From assembly GCA_049324575.1 (NCBI GenBank), contig JBMONI010000020.1:1-56878 (forward strand): DNA of 56,878 bases, read 5' to 3'. A program made the translations under genes and the position numbers. This DNA is from Candidatus Omnitrophota bacterium (GTDB taxonomy: Bacteria; Omnitrophota; Omnitrophia; Omnitrophales; Aquincolibacteriaceae). Positions 21,183 to 28,723 of the stretch are shown piece after piece (within the stretch, counting starts at the first letter, position 1; each line of letters opens with the position of its first letter). The notes beneath the pieces were generated by a model that saw only the letters and a program-made list of their open reading frames with translations, ran no database searches and was not told where the DNA came from.

Positions 21183-22229
21183 TCAGATCTTCAGCACGAT
21201 CTTGCCGAAATGGTCGCGGCTTTCCATGCGCCGGAACGCTTCCGGCGCCTCGCGCAGGTTGTAGACCTTGTCCACGACCGGTTTGAGCACTTTCCTCTTT
21301 ACGAGCGCAATCACCTTTTTGAACTCTGCGAACCCGCCCATGTAACAACCCAGGATCGAAAGCTGGCGTGAAAAGACCAGCCTCAGATCGAACGAGACGG
21401 TGGGGCCGCTCGTCACGCCGCAAGTCACCAGGCGGCCTTTCCGCTGAAGGCAGGCGAGGCTATGGGCGAAGGTCGCGGGGCCGATATGGTCCAGCGCGAC
21501 TTCCACGCCTTGGCCGTGGGTGATCTTGAAGACCTCTTCGCGGAAATCTTTTTCCTGGTACGGAATGACATGGTCGGCGCCGAGCGCTTTGGCCTTGGCG
21601 ATCTTTTCCGGCCGGCCGACGGTCGTGATGACCGTGGCACCGAGGTGTTTGGCGATCTGGATGGCCGCGCTCCCGACCCCGCTCCCGGCCGCGTGAATAA
21701 GGACCTTCTCTTTCTTTTTGAGCTGGGCCTGCGTGACGAGCATATGCCAGGCCGTGATAAAGACCAGGGGAACCGAGGCCCATTCTTCCGGGGACCAGGC
21801 CGAGGAGACCGGAAGCACATTGGCGGCGGGCACCTTGACATATTCCGCGAACCCGCCGTTGGACTGGAGGCCGAGGATCTCGTAATGAGGGTCCCGACTG
21901 TCCCAATCCGTTCTGAAATAAGGACTTTTCCGGGGACAAATGCCGGGCGAGGCCACGACCAGTTTGTTCTTGGGGACGCCGCGTGTGCGGGGGCCGCATT
22001 CGACGACTTCTCCCGCGACATCACAGCCGGGGATATGGGGAAGGGGGATCTTGACGCTCCGCATGCCGAGCAGCATCCAAAGATCCAGATGATTCAGGGC
22101 GCAAGCCCTGACTTTGATCAGGACCTCCCGCCGGCCCGGTCTGGGGCGGTTAACATATCCGTGCCGCAGTTTTTCGGTCCCGCCGTGTTCGTCAAAGTAA
22201 ACGGCAAGCATTTTATTCATCGGGGTCAC
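21183..22229 (-). CDS. MDR-family (zinc/NADPH quinone) oxidoreductase
   Basis: EVLIKVRACALNHLD, PHIPGCDVAGEV, GGFAEYV, HAAGSGVG, HFGKIVL. Confidence 0.88.
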   Translation of the reverse strand: MTPMNKMLAVYFDEHGGTEKLRHGYVNRPRPGRREVLIKVRACALNHLDLWMLLGMRSVKIPLPHIPGCDVAGEVVECGPRTRGVPKNKLVVASPGICPRKSPYFRTDWDSRDPHYEILGLQSNGGFAEYVKVPAANVLPVSSAWSPEEWASVPLVFITAWHMLVTQAQLKKKEKVLIHAAGSGVGSAAIQIAKHLGATVITTVGRPEKIAKAKALGADHVIPYQEKDFREEVFKITHGQGVEVALDHIGPATFAHSLACLQRKGRLVTCGVTSGPTVSFDLRLVFSRQLSILGCYMGGFAEFKKVIALVKRKVLKPVVDKVYNLREAPEAFRRMESRDHFGKIVLKI

Positions 22230-22360
22230 TGCCTTTCGATGGCTCGAGCCCGAAAGTATCGGATTTCAACGGGATTTGCAAGCGGAAAATGGGCTTTGGG
22301 ACGGCGACGCTCCGGTCCTGCGAATGAACCGATATACAGACCGCGCCTTCCTTCATTATA

Positions 22361-23032
22361 ATGAACCGCAACTTGGAGGCATGTCTTTTGAGAGAAAATG
22401 CGACGCAGAAAAAACGCAGGATCACGAAGATCATTGCCAAACTTAAACGCGCCTATCCCGAAGCGCATTGCGCGCTTCATTTCCGGGACCCTTGGCAGCT
22501 TCTCGTGGCGACCGTCCTTTCCGCCCAATGCACGGACAAACGGGTGAATCTCATTACCCGCAATCTTTTCCGGAAATACCGCAAAGTCCGGGATTATGCC
22601 CGAGCGGACCTTGGGACTTTTGAAAACGACATTCGTTCCGCCGGTTATTACCGGGCGAAGGCCCGGAACATTATCGGCGCAGCAAAGCGGATCCTTGGAT
22701 GTTTCGGAGGAAAGGTCCCCGGGACGATGGAGGCGCTTGTGACGCTGCCTGGGGTCGGTCGTAAGACCGCCAATGTGATCTTGGCCAACGCGTTCGAAGT
22801 GCCCGGGATCGCGGTCGATACGCATATGATCCGCCTGAACCGGCGGCTGGGACTGACCCGGAGCACGGATCCGGTCAAGATCGAACGGGACCTGATGAGG
22901 CTTCTCCCCGAGCGGGAATGGTCGCTTTATTCGCACCGGATCATTGCCCACGGGCGGGCCTGCTGTAAAGCCCGGAACCCGGATTGCCGGAATTGTGCTA
23001 TAGTGGAATTGTGCCCAAGCCGAAGAATATAA
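22361..23032 (+). CDS. nth: Endonuclease III
   Basis: LLVATVLSAQCTD, HhH LPGVGRKTANV, AVDTH, FCL motif CCKARNPDCRNC...LCP. Confidence 0.95.
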   Translation: MNRNLEACLLRENATQKKRRITKIIAKLKRAYPEAHCALHFRDPWQLLVATVLSAQCTDKRVNLITRNLFRKYRKVRDYARADLGTFENDIRSAGYYRAKARNIIGAAKRILGCFGGKVPGTMEALVTLPGVGRKTANVILANAFEVPGIAVDTHMIRLNRRLGLTRSTDPVKIERDLMRLLPEREWSLYSHRIIAHGRACCKARNPDCRNCAIVELCPSRRI

Positions 23033-23070
23033 CCTAGGAAATAAGGGTGTTTTCGTTTGATAAAAAATAT

Positions 23071-23162
23071 TGTCATTCCGAGCGACTGTCCCGGACCAAG
23101 GAGCCGAGGAATCCAGATCCCTCGGATCGTCCCGCCGAGGGCGAGACTCTCTCGGGATGACA
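23071..23162. repeat. 92-bp palindromic REP/MITE-like element, copy 1
   Basis: Terminal inverted repeat TGTCATTCCGAG...CTCGGGATGACA; internal GAGGAATCC/AGATCCCTC and GTCCCGCCG; same length and ends as 38394-38485. Confidence 0.8.
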
Positions 23163-23228
23163 AGAAGAGCGAAGACTTTTGAAATGGCGTGTGACCTAAA
23201 AGCTCATACACAACGCTAGAGATTTCAT

Positions 23229-24941
23229 ATGCTCCGATACGAAGATGAGATCAGGGAACAGATCGAGGGGAATCTTCTTCGCGTCTTTTTTCCGGTTCTC
23301 ATGCCGCTGTATCTGCTCCTCTTCGTTCTCGATCTGAAGATTTATCCGAACCGGGCGCTGGATTTCTTTCTGATCCGGGCGAGCTTGCTGGTCTGGGGGG
23401 TTCTTTGTTTTGTCGGCCTCAAGGTGAAGGTTTCTGCTCGCTGGTATAACTTCACGGCCTGGTCCCTGGCGTTACTCCTTTCCCTCCAGGGGACGGTCAT
23501 GGGCCTCCTGGCCGACGATTTCATGAAGGCCTATCCTTTGTTCGTGCTGAATATCCTCGCCGGACTTTTCGTTTTCCTTTTTACGGTCCGTTTCTTGGAC
23601 GCATTGATCCTGATCGGGCTTTTTTATTTTCCGCCGGCCTTGGTCATGTTCCTCCACGAACCTCCGGAGGTCCTTTTTTCGCCGCGCGTTCTTTTTTCAG
23701 CGAGCTTGGTCGCGGTCTATTTGACCGGGGCCAAAGCGATCGATTTTCTGAGCCAGCGTTCGTATCGGCAAAAGGCCCATCTGTTCTTTTACGCGACCAC
23801 CGACGGCCTGAGCGGACTCAAGCTGCGCCGCTACTTTTTCGCGCGCTTTATCCAGGAACTGAGTCTTTTCCTGAGGCAGGGGAACTCCTTCAAGATCAGC
23901 GTGGCGATGATCGATATTGATTCCTTCAAGAAGATCAACGACCGTTACGGGCATGAGACGGGGGACCAGGTGCTGAAACACGTGGCAGACCTTCTGAAGG
24001 CCACGATCCGCGTCTATGATGTGGCCTGCCGTTTCGGAGGCGAGGAATTCGTCATCCTTTTCCCCGAGGCGGGGGCGTGGGAAGCCGAGGCTATTTGCGA
24101 ACGTATCCGGAAAGTGATCGAGGAAACGCCGTTCGTGATGCCTGACCGGACCCCGGTCCCGCTGACGATCAGCCTTGGCTACAGCGTTCTCGTGGGCGAG
24201 GATCCCGAGAAATTCCAGAAGATCCAGCGCGACAGCCAGTATAAGCTGCTCTTGTGCGGACATATGCATCGCCTGCTTTGCCAGGCGGATCAGGCACTCT
24301 TTGAAGCCAAGAAAGCGGGCAAGAACCGGGTCGCTGCCGGGGCCTCGCTGGCACTCGCGGATGAGATCGATCCGAGCGAGCAAGAGGCCATGCGCGGCAA
24401 TCTGGTCTATTTTGATCAGGACGTTTTCCAGTTTGGGACCGCCCAGACCGACAGTCCGGAGAGCCGGGAAATCACCGAACTTAATTTTTACAGCGTGGAG
24501 TTCTTTTTCCGCCGCGTGGTCGAATCGCTTTACCGTGCTTACCGGAATCCCGAATGGCATGAGGTGCTGGCCGTGATCCGGATTACGGCGAAGGATACGG
24601 CGAGGGTCCGCGATGCGATGAGCCGCATGTTCCGGTTGTCGGATACGCTGTGCGAGATCGAAAAGAACGTCTATGGCGCGATCTTCTTCGGGCTGGCGAA
24701 AGCGGAGCTTGAGCGTGTCCATGCGCGGATCAGCCGTCAACTGGAGGAAAAAGTCGCCGCTCAAGGCTGTTGGGCGCAGATCGTGGCGGCCCCGCTGGTT
24801 TTTCATCCGGCGAAAATACACCGTTCGCCCGGGAAAGTGGTCACTTACGAAGAATTCTCCGACCAGGCCAATGAACTTTTCGGCATTCTCCGTCGGTACC
24901 GTTTTGCGGCCGGGGAGACCGTTCGCTATTACTCTTCCTGA
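23229..24941 (+). CDS. Membrane-bound diguanylate cyclase with a C-terminal degenerate GGDEF-like domain
   Basis: About 5-6 N-terminal TMs; TDGLSGL, DIDSFKKINDRYGH..GD, I-site RVYD, GGEEF, TISLG, ADQALFEAKKAGKNRV. Confidence 0.9.
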   Translation: MLRYEDEIREQIEGNLLRVFFPVLMPLYLLLFVLDLKIYPNRALDFFLIRASLLVWGVLCFVGLKVKVSARWYNFTAWSLALLLSLQGTVMGLLADDFMKAYPLFVLNILAGLFVFLFTVRFLDALILIGLFYFPPALVMFLHEPPEVLFSPRVLFSASLVAVYLTGAKAIDFLSQRSYRQKAHLFFYATTDGLSGLKLRRYFFARFIQELSLFLRQGNSFKISVAMIDIDSFKKINDRYGHETGDQVLKHVADLLKATIRVYDVACRFGGEEFVILFPEAGAWEAEAICERIRKVIEETPFVMPDRTPVPLTISLGYSVLVGEDPEKFQKIQRDSQYKLLLCGHMHRLLCQADQALFEAKKAGKNRVAAGASLALADEIDPSEQEAMRGNLVYFDQDVFQFGTAQTDSPESREITELNFYSVEFFFRRVVESLYRAYRNPEWHEVLAVIRITAKDTARVRDAMSRMFRLSDTLCEIEKNVYGAIFFGLAKAELERVHARISRQLEEKVAAQGCWAQIVAAPLVFHPAKIHRSPGKVVTYEEFSDQANELFGILRRYRFAAGETVRYYSS

Positions 24942-25037
24942 AGGTTCCTGCCGTCCGGTTATGGACAAAACGAGGGCATGCAGTGTATAGTATCGCCCTT
25001 TACGCCGGGTTTAGAATAGCCAAGAAAGGGTATCCTC

Positions 25038-25364
25038 ATGGGAAACGCGAGATCCTTCACTGATCAGAACTTTAAAACGGATGTTCTGGGTTCTTCCATT
25101 CCTGTGCTCGTCGATTTTTGGGCCGAATGGTGCGGGCCCTGCCGCATGATGGCGCCGGTAATCGACCGGCTTGCTTCCGCCAATGAGGGGAAGATCGCTG
25201 TGGGCAAGCTCAATGTGGACGAGAATCCCGACGCTCCTTCGCAATACGGGATCCAAGGGATCCCGACGCTGCTTGTGTTCAAGGGGGGGCAAGAGGTCCA
25301 GAGGATCGTGGGATTTCAGTCCCAGGAAGCAATCCAGAAGGTCTTGGATGACGTTGCTCGCTAA
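25038..25364 (+). CDS. trxA: Thioredoxin
   Basis: VDFWAEWCGPC, GIPTL. Confidence 0.96.
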   Translation: MGNARSFTDQNFKTDVLGSSIPVLVDFWAEWCGPCRMMAPVIDRLASANEGKIAVGKLNVDENPDAPSQYGIQGIPTLLVFKGGQEVQRIVGFQSQEAIQKVLDDVAR

Positions 25365-25389
25365 TCCGGAGATCCATCGCTGTCATTTT

Positions 25390-26166
25390 ATGAGAGACGC
25401 GGAAATAGAACTTCCGTTGCAGGACAGTGTTGTTTACGGGCCGATCGCCTCGCGCCGGCTTGGTTATTCGCTGGGGATCAATCTGCTTCCGCTAAGCTAT
25501 AAATTCTGCAATTTTGACTGCGTCTATTGCCAATACGGGCCTACGTCCTCGAAAGGGACCGGCGAACGGATCAAGCCGGCCGTGGAACTTTTGGCCGAGA
25601 TCCGGGCTGCTTTCGAGAAACACAAGCAGGAAAGGACCCCAGTCGATTGTCTGACGATTGCCGGCAACGGTGAGCCGACCCTGCATCCCCAGTTCCCGGC
25701 GCTGGTCGAAGGGCTCCTGTCCCTGCGCGACCAGTATTATCCGGGCGTGAAGACGGGGATCCTCTCCAACGCCTCGCAAGTCCACCGCAAACCTATTCGC
25801 ACAGCGCTCGACCGGCTTGACGAGCGCTATATGAAGCTTGATGCCGGGACTCCCGAGAAGCTTCGCGAGATCAACAGGAGCCGCGGGCATTTTGATTTTT
25901 CCCGTACGGTCCGTGCGCTGGCCTCGATGAAAGGGATCGTGATCCAGACGCTTTTTGTGCAGGGGAGCCATGACAATACGACGGAAGCGGCGGTGACGGC
26001 TTGGATCAAAACGGTCAAAAAGATCAAACCGCGTGAAGTCCAGGTCTATACGATCGACCGCAAGCCCGCGGACCCCCATCTTCGGCGTGTTCCATTCGAA
26101 AAACTTCAGGAGATCGCCGACCGTTGTCAGCGGGCGGCCGGGATCACGGCCGTCGTCTACGATTGA
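25390..26166 (+). CDS. Radical SAM protein of unknown function
   Basis: YGPIASRRLGYSLGINL, CNFDCVYC, GNGEPTLHP, LSN. Start uncertain (25348 or 25390). Confidence 0.85.
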   Translation: MRDAEIELPLQDSVVYGPIASRRLGYSLGINLLPLSYKFCNFDCVYCQYGPTSSKGTGERIKPAVELLAEIRAAFEKHKQERTPVDCLTIAGNGEPTLHPQFPALVEGLLSLRDQYYPGVKTGILSNASQVHRKPIRTALDRLDERYMKLDAGTPEKLREINRSRGHFDFSRTVRALASMKGIVIQTLFVQGSHDNTTEAAVTAWIKTVKKIKPREVQVYTIDRKPADPHLRRVPFEKLQEIADRCQRAAGITAVVYD

Positions 26167-26228
26167 GCGGTCCGGCTGCGGACATTCCTTTAAACACCAA
26201 CAACAACCTCAACGACAAGGAGAAGACA

Positions 26229-27278
26229 ATGAAGATGACCGAAGGTAAGTTCAAACATATGATAGCGCTCTCGAACGAGAAAGGCGTGATCGCCGCCGCG
26301 GCGATGGACCAGCGTGGTTCGCTCCGAAAATCGATCGCCAAGTTCAAGAACGTGGACCCCAAGGCGGTGACCGATGCCATGATGCAGGAATTCAAGGTGA
26401 AGGTCAGCAAGGTCCTGACGCCTTATGCGACCGCTATCCTTTTGGATCCCGAATGGGGGCTTCCGGCGGTGAAAGCGCGCGCGAAGAACGCGGGGGTCCT
26501 TCTTGCTTATGAGGATTCCGGCTATGACAATACCAAGCCAGGGCGTATTCCGGATCTCCTCAAGTTTGTCACGGCCCGTGATCTGGCGGCCTACGGGGCG
26601 AATGCGGTCAAGATCCTGATCTATTACACGCCGTTCGATCCGAAAGAGATCAACGATCTCAAGCACGCGTGGGTGGAGCGGATCGGCTGCGAATGCGCGG
26701 ACCGCGATATCCCGTTCTTCCTCGAGTTCGTGGGGTATGATCCGGGCGGCATGGACGTGAATACGCTTGAGTATGCGAAGATCAAACCGGAAGTGGTCGC
26801 GAAGAGCATGGAGGAGTTCTCCAAGGACCGCTATCAGGTCGATGTGCTCAAGGTCGAAATGCCTATCAACATGAAATTCGTGGAAGGGACGAAGTCCTTT
26901 AAAGGGCAGGCGGCGTATTCGCGTGCGGAAGCGATCGCCTATTTCAAGAAGACCGCGAAGGTCACGAAAAAGCCGTTTATCTATCTCAGCGCGGGGGTGG
27001 ACGACGATGAATTTCGCGAGAGCCTTGAGCTCGCGGCCGAATCCGGGGTCCGCTACAACGGCGTGCTTTGCGGCCGGGCGACCTGGAAAGAGGGAATGCC
27101 GGTCTATGCGAAGGAAGGGCCGGAGGCGCTTGAGAAGTGGCTTCTTGACCGGGGCGTGAAGAATATCCAGGCCTTGAATGCGGTCCTCAACAAGGGGGCG
27201 TCGGCGTGGTGGGATGTGTACGGCGGCAAGAGTAAGATCGAGGTGGTGAAGAAGAATCCGCCGGTCGCCGGCGCTTAA
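26229..27278 (+). CDS. lacD: Class I aldolase of the tagatose-1,6-bisphosphate (LacD) family
   Basis: AAAMDQRGSL, ILLDPEWG, AVKILIYY, PFFLE, DVLKVE, YLSAGV, GVLCGRATW. Confidence 0.85.
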   Translation: MKMTEGKFKHMIALSNEKGVIAAAAMDQRGSLRKSIAKFKNVDPKAVTDAMMQEFKVKVSKVLTPYATAILLDPEWGLPAVKARAKNAGVLLAYEDSGYDNTKPGRIPDLLKFVTARDLAAYGANAVKILIYYTPFDPKEINDLKHAWVERIGCECADRDIPFFLEFVGYDPGGMDVNTLEYAKIKPEVVAKSMEEFSKDRYQVDVLKVEMPINMKFVEGTKSFKGQAAYSRAEAIAYFKKTAKVTKKPFIYLSAGVDDDEFRESLELAAESGVRYNGVLCGRATWKEGMPVYAKEGPEALEKWLLDRGVKNIQALNAVLNKGASAWWDVYGGKSKIEVVKKNPPVAGA

Positions 27279-27347
27279 GCGCTTCCTTTCCTCTGATTTT
27301 CTTTCGGCCCTTTGTGCATACCCGGTATGCACAAAGGGTGGGAGAAT

Positions 27348-28247
27348 ATGAACTACCGCGAACTGGGAAATACAGGGCTTAAAGTTTCGGAACTGGGCAT
27401 GGGATGCTGGGCCCTGGGCGGCGACAGTTACGGTTCTGTCGAAGAGAAGGATGCCCTGGCGGCTCTCGAAACCGCGTGGGAAGGCGGCGTCAACTTCTTC
27501 GATACGGCGGACATGTATGGTTTAGGCCGCAGCGAAAAGATCGTCGGCCAATTCCTCAAAGGGAAGCCCCGTGAGCGCATTCTTATCGCTTCGAAAGCCG
27601 GACACGATTTTTACCGTGCCGGCGGGATCAAAAAGAACTTCGAGCCGGCCTACCTCCGCCTGGCTTGCGAGAAGAGCCTCGGCCGCCTCGGCGTCGATTC
27701 GATCGATCTCTATCAGCTTCATAGCGCGACCGTCGAGGCGCTTGAACATGGGGAGGCGATCGGCGAGTTCGTCAAACTCCGCGACGAGGGCAAGATCCGC
27801 GCGATCGGCGTAACGGTCTGGAGCGAAGAGGAAGCCCTTGCCGCTCTCCGCGATCCGCGCATCCAGTCCATCCAGCTTATTGTGAATCTGATCGACCGCC
27901 GGATGGTCCCGAAAGTGCTGCCTTCCGCCCGGGCCCAGAAGATCGGCATCCTCGCCCGCGAGCCTCTTGCCAAAGGGCTCTTGAGCGGAAAATACGGACC
28001 CGACAGCCATTTCCCAGAACGGGACCACCGGCAGGGATGGAGCCGCGAGAAACTTCAGGCTGATCTTGCGAAGGTCCGTGAAGTCCAGGAACAATACAAA
28101 GCGCTCGCGCTGCCTCTGAAGACCCTGGCCCTCCGGTATGTGATCGGCATCCCTGGAGTGACCACGGTCATTCCCGGAGCGAAATCCGCCGGGCAGTTTC
28201 GCGATCATCTGGCCGCCATTTCCCAAGGTCCGATCGAAGGCCATTGA
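27348..28247 (+). CDS. Aldo/keto reductase
   Basis: LGNTGLKVSELGMG, FFDTADMYG, SL.RLGVDSIDLYQLH, PL..GLLSGKY, VIPGAK. Confidence 0.93.
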   Translation: MNYRELGNTGLKVSELGMGCWALGGDSYGSVEEKDALAALETAWEGGVNFFDTADMYGLGRSEKIVGQFLKGKPRERILIASKAGHDFYRAGGIKKNFEPAYLRLACEKSLGRLGVDSIDLYQLHSATVEALEHGEAIGEFVKLRDEGKIRAIGVTVWSEEEALAALRDPRIQSIQLIVNLIDRRMVPKVLPSARAQKIGILAREPLAKGLLSGKYGPDSHFPERDHRQGWSREKLQADLAKVREVQEQYKALALPLKTLALRYVIGIPGVTTVIPGAKSAGQFRDHLAAISQGPIEGH

Positions 28248-28347
28248 AAATTAAAAGGTAAGAATTGAAAATGGATCTGCGGAAAAGGCGGCTTTTCCGG
28301 AGCCCCGATCGAAGGCCATTGAAAATTAAAAGTTAAGAATTAAAAAT
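28230..28347 (+). repeat. 43-bp direct repeat (28230-28272 and 28305-28347) containing the last 6 codons of the AKR gene
   Basis: CCGATCGAAGGCCATTGAAAATTAAAAG(G/T)TAAGAATT(G/A)AAAAT, 2 mismatches, 75-nt period. Confidence 0.9.
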
Positions 28348-28428
28348 CGATTCGGAAAAAAGACAACTATTTCCGGCTCTCTCTTTCCGGCCTTGAATTC
28401 TTCATTCTTCATTCTTCATTCTTAATTT
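28321..28428. repeat. Heptad-periodic inverted-repeat element (AAGAATT / TTCTTCA type)
   Basis: A-rich left arm GAAAATTAAAAGTTAAGAATTAAAAAT; right arm TTCTTCA x3 plus TTCTTAA (28398-28425). Confidence 0.75.
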
Positions 28429-28511
28429 CTCTACCAAGGTTTTTCCCTCTCTTGTCGGCCGATTCTCCTTTTTTAAAAATTAGGGATAAGTCCTTTTAAG
28501 CAAGTTTATAG

Positions 28512-28649
28512 CTATTTAATGCTATATATAAGTAGCATATTAATTAAATAGAGCGTCTATAAGTCTATATAGATAAAGAAGATATGAATAACTAAAAAAA
28601 GATATAAAGAGATTTGAAATATGTCATTTAATATGGTAATAATTATAAG
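28512..28649 (+). promoter_or_regulatory. AT-rich upstream region of the giant gene with a palindrome and a candidate promoter
   Basis: CTATTTAAT/ATTAAATAG and ATGCTA/TAGCAT arms (28512-28551); ATGTCA-N17-TATAAG (28621-28649); SD GGGAG at 28712-28716 before GTG 28724. Confidence 0.4.
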
Positions 28650-28723
28650 TGGGATAGAGTAAACAAGCAGTCAACCGAAAGGACAGGATTGTTGAGCCAA
28701 GACCTCTTTCAGGGAGCCCATTC

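Noticed and set aside
28230-28347. Two 43-bp repeats with a 32-nt spacer as a mini-CRISPR
   Set aside because: Only two copies, the repeat overlaps a CDS end, and no cas genes are present.
28660-28720. c-di-GMP-I riboswitch upstream of the giant gene (CC-GAAA-GG loop)
   Set aside because: It lacks the GGCAAACC and GACGCAAAG conserved segments.
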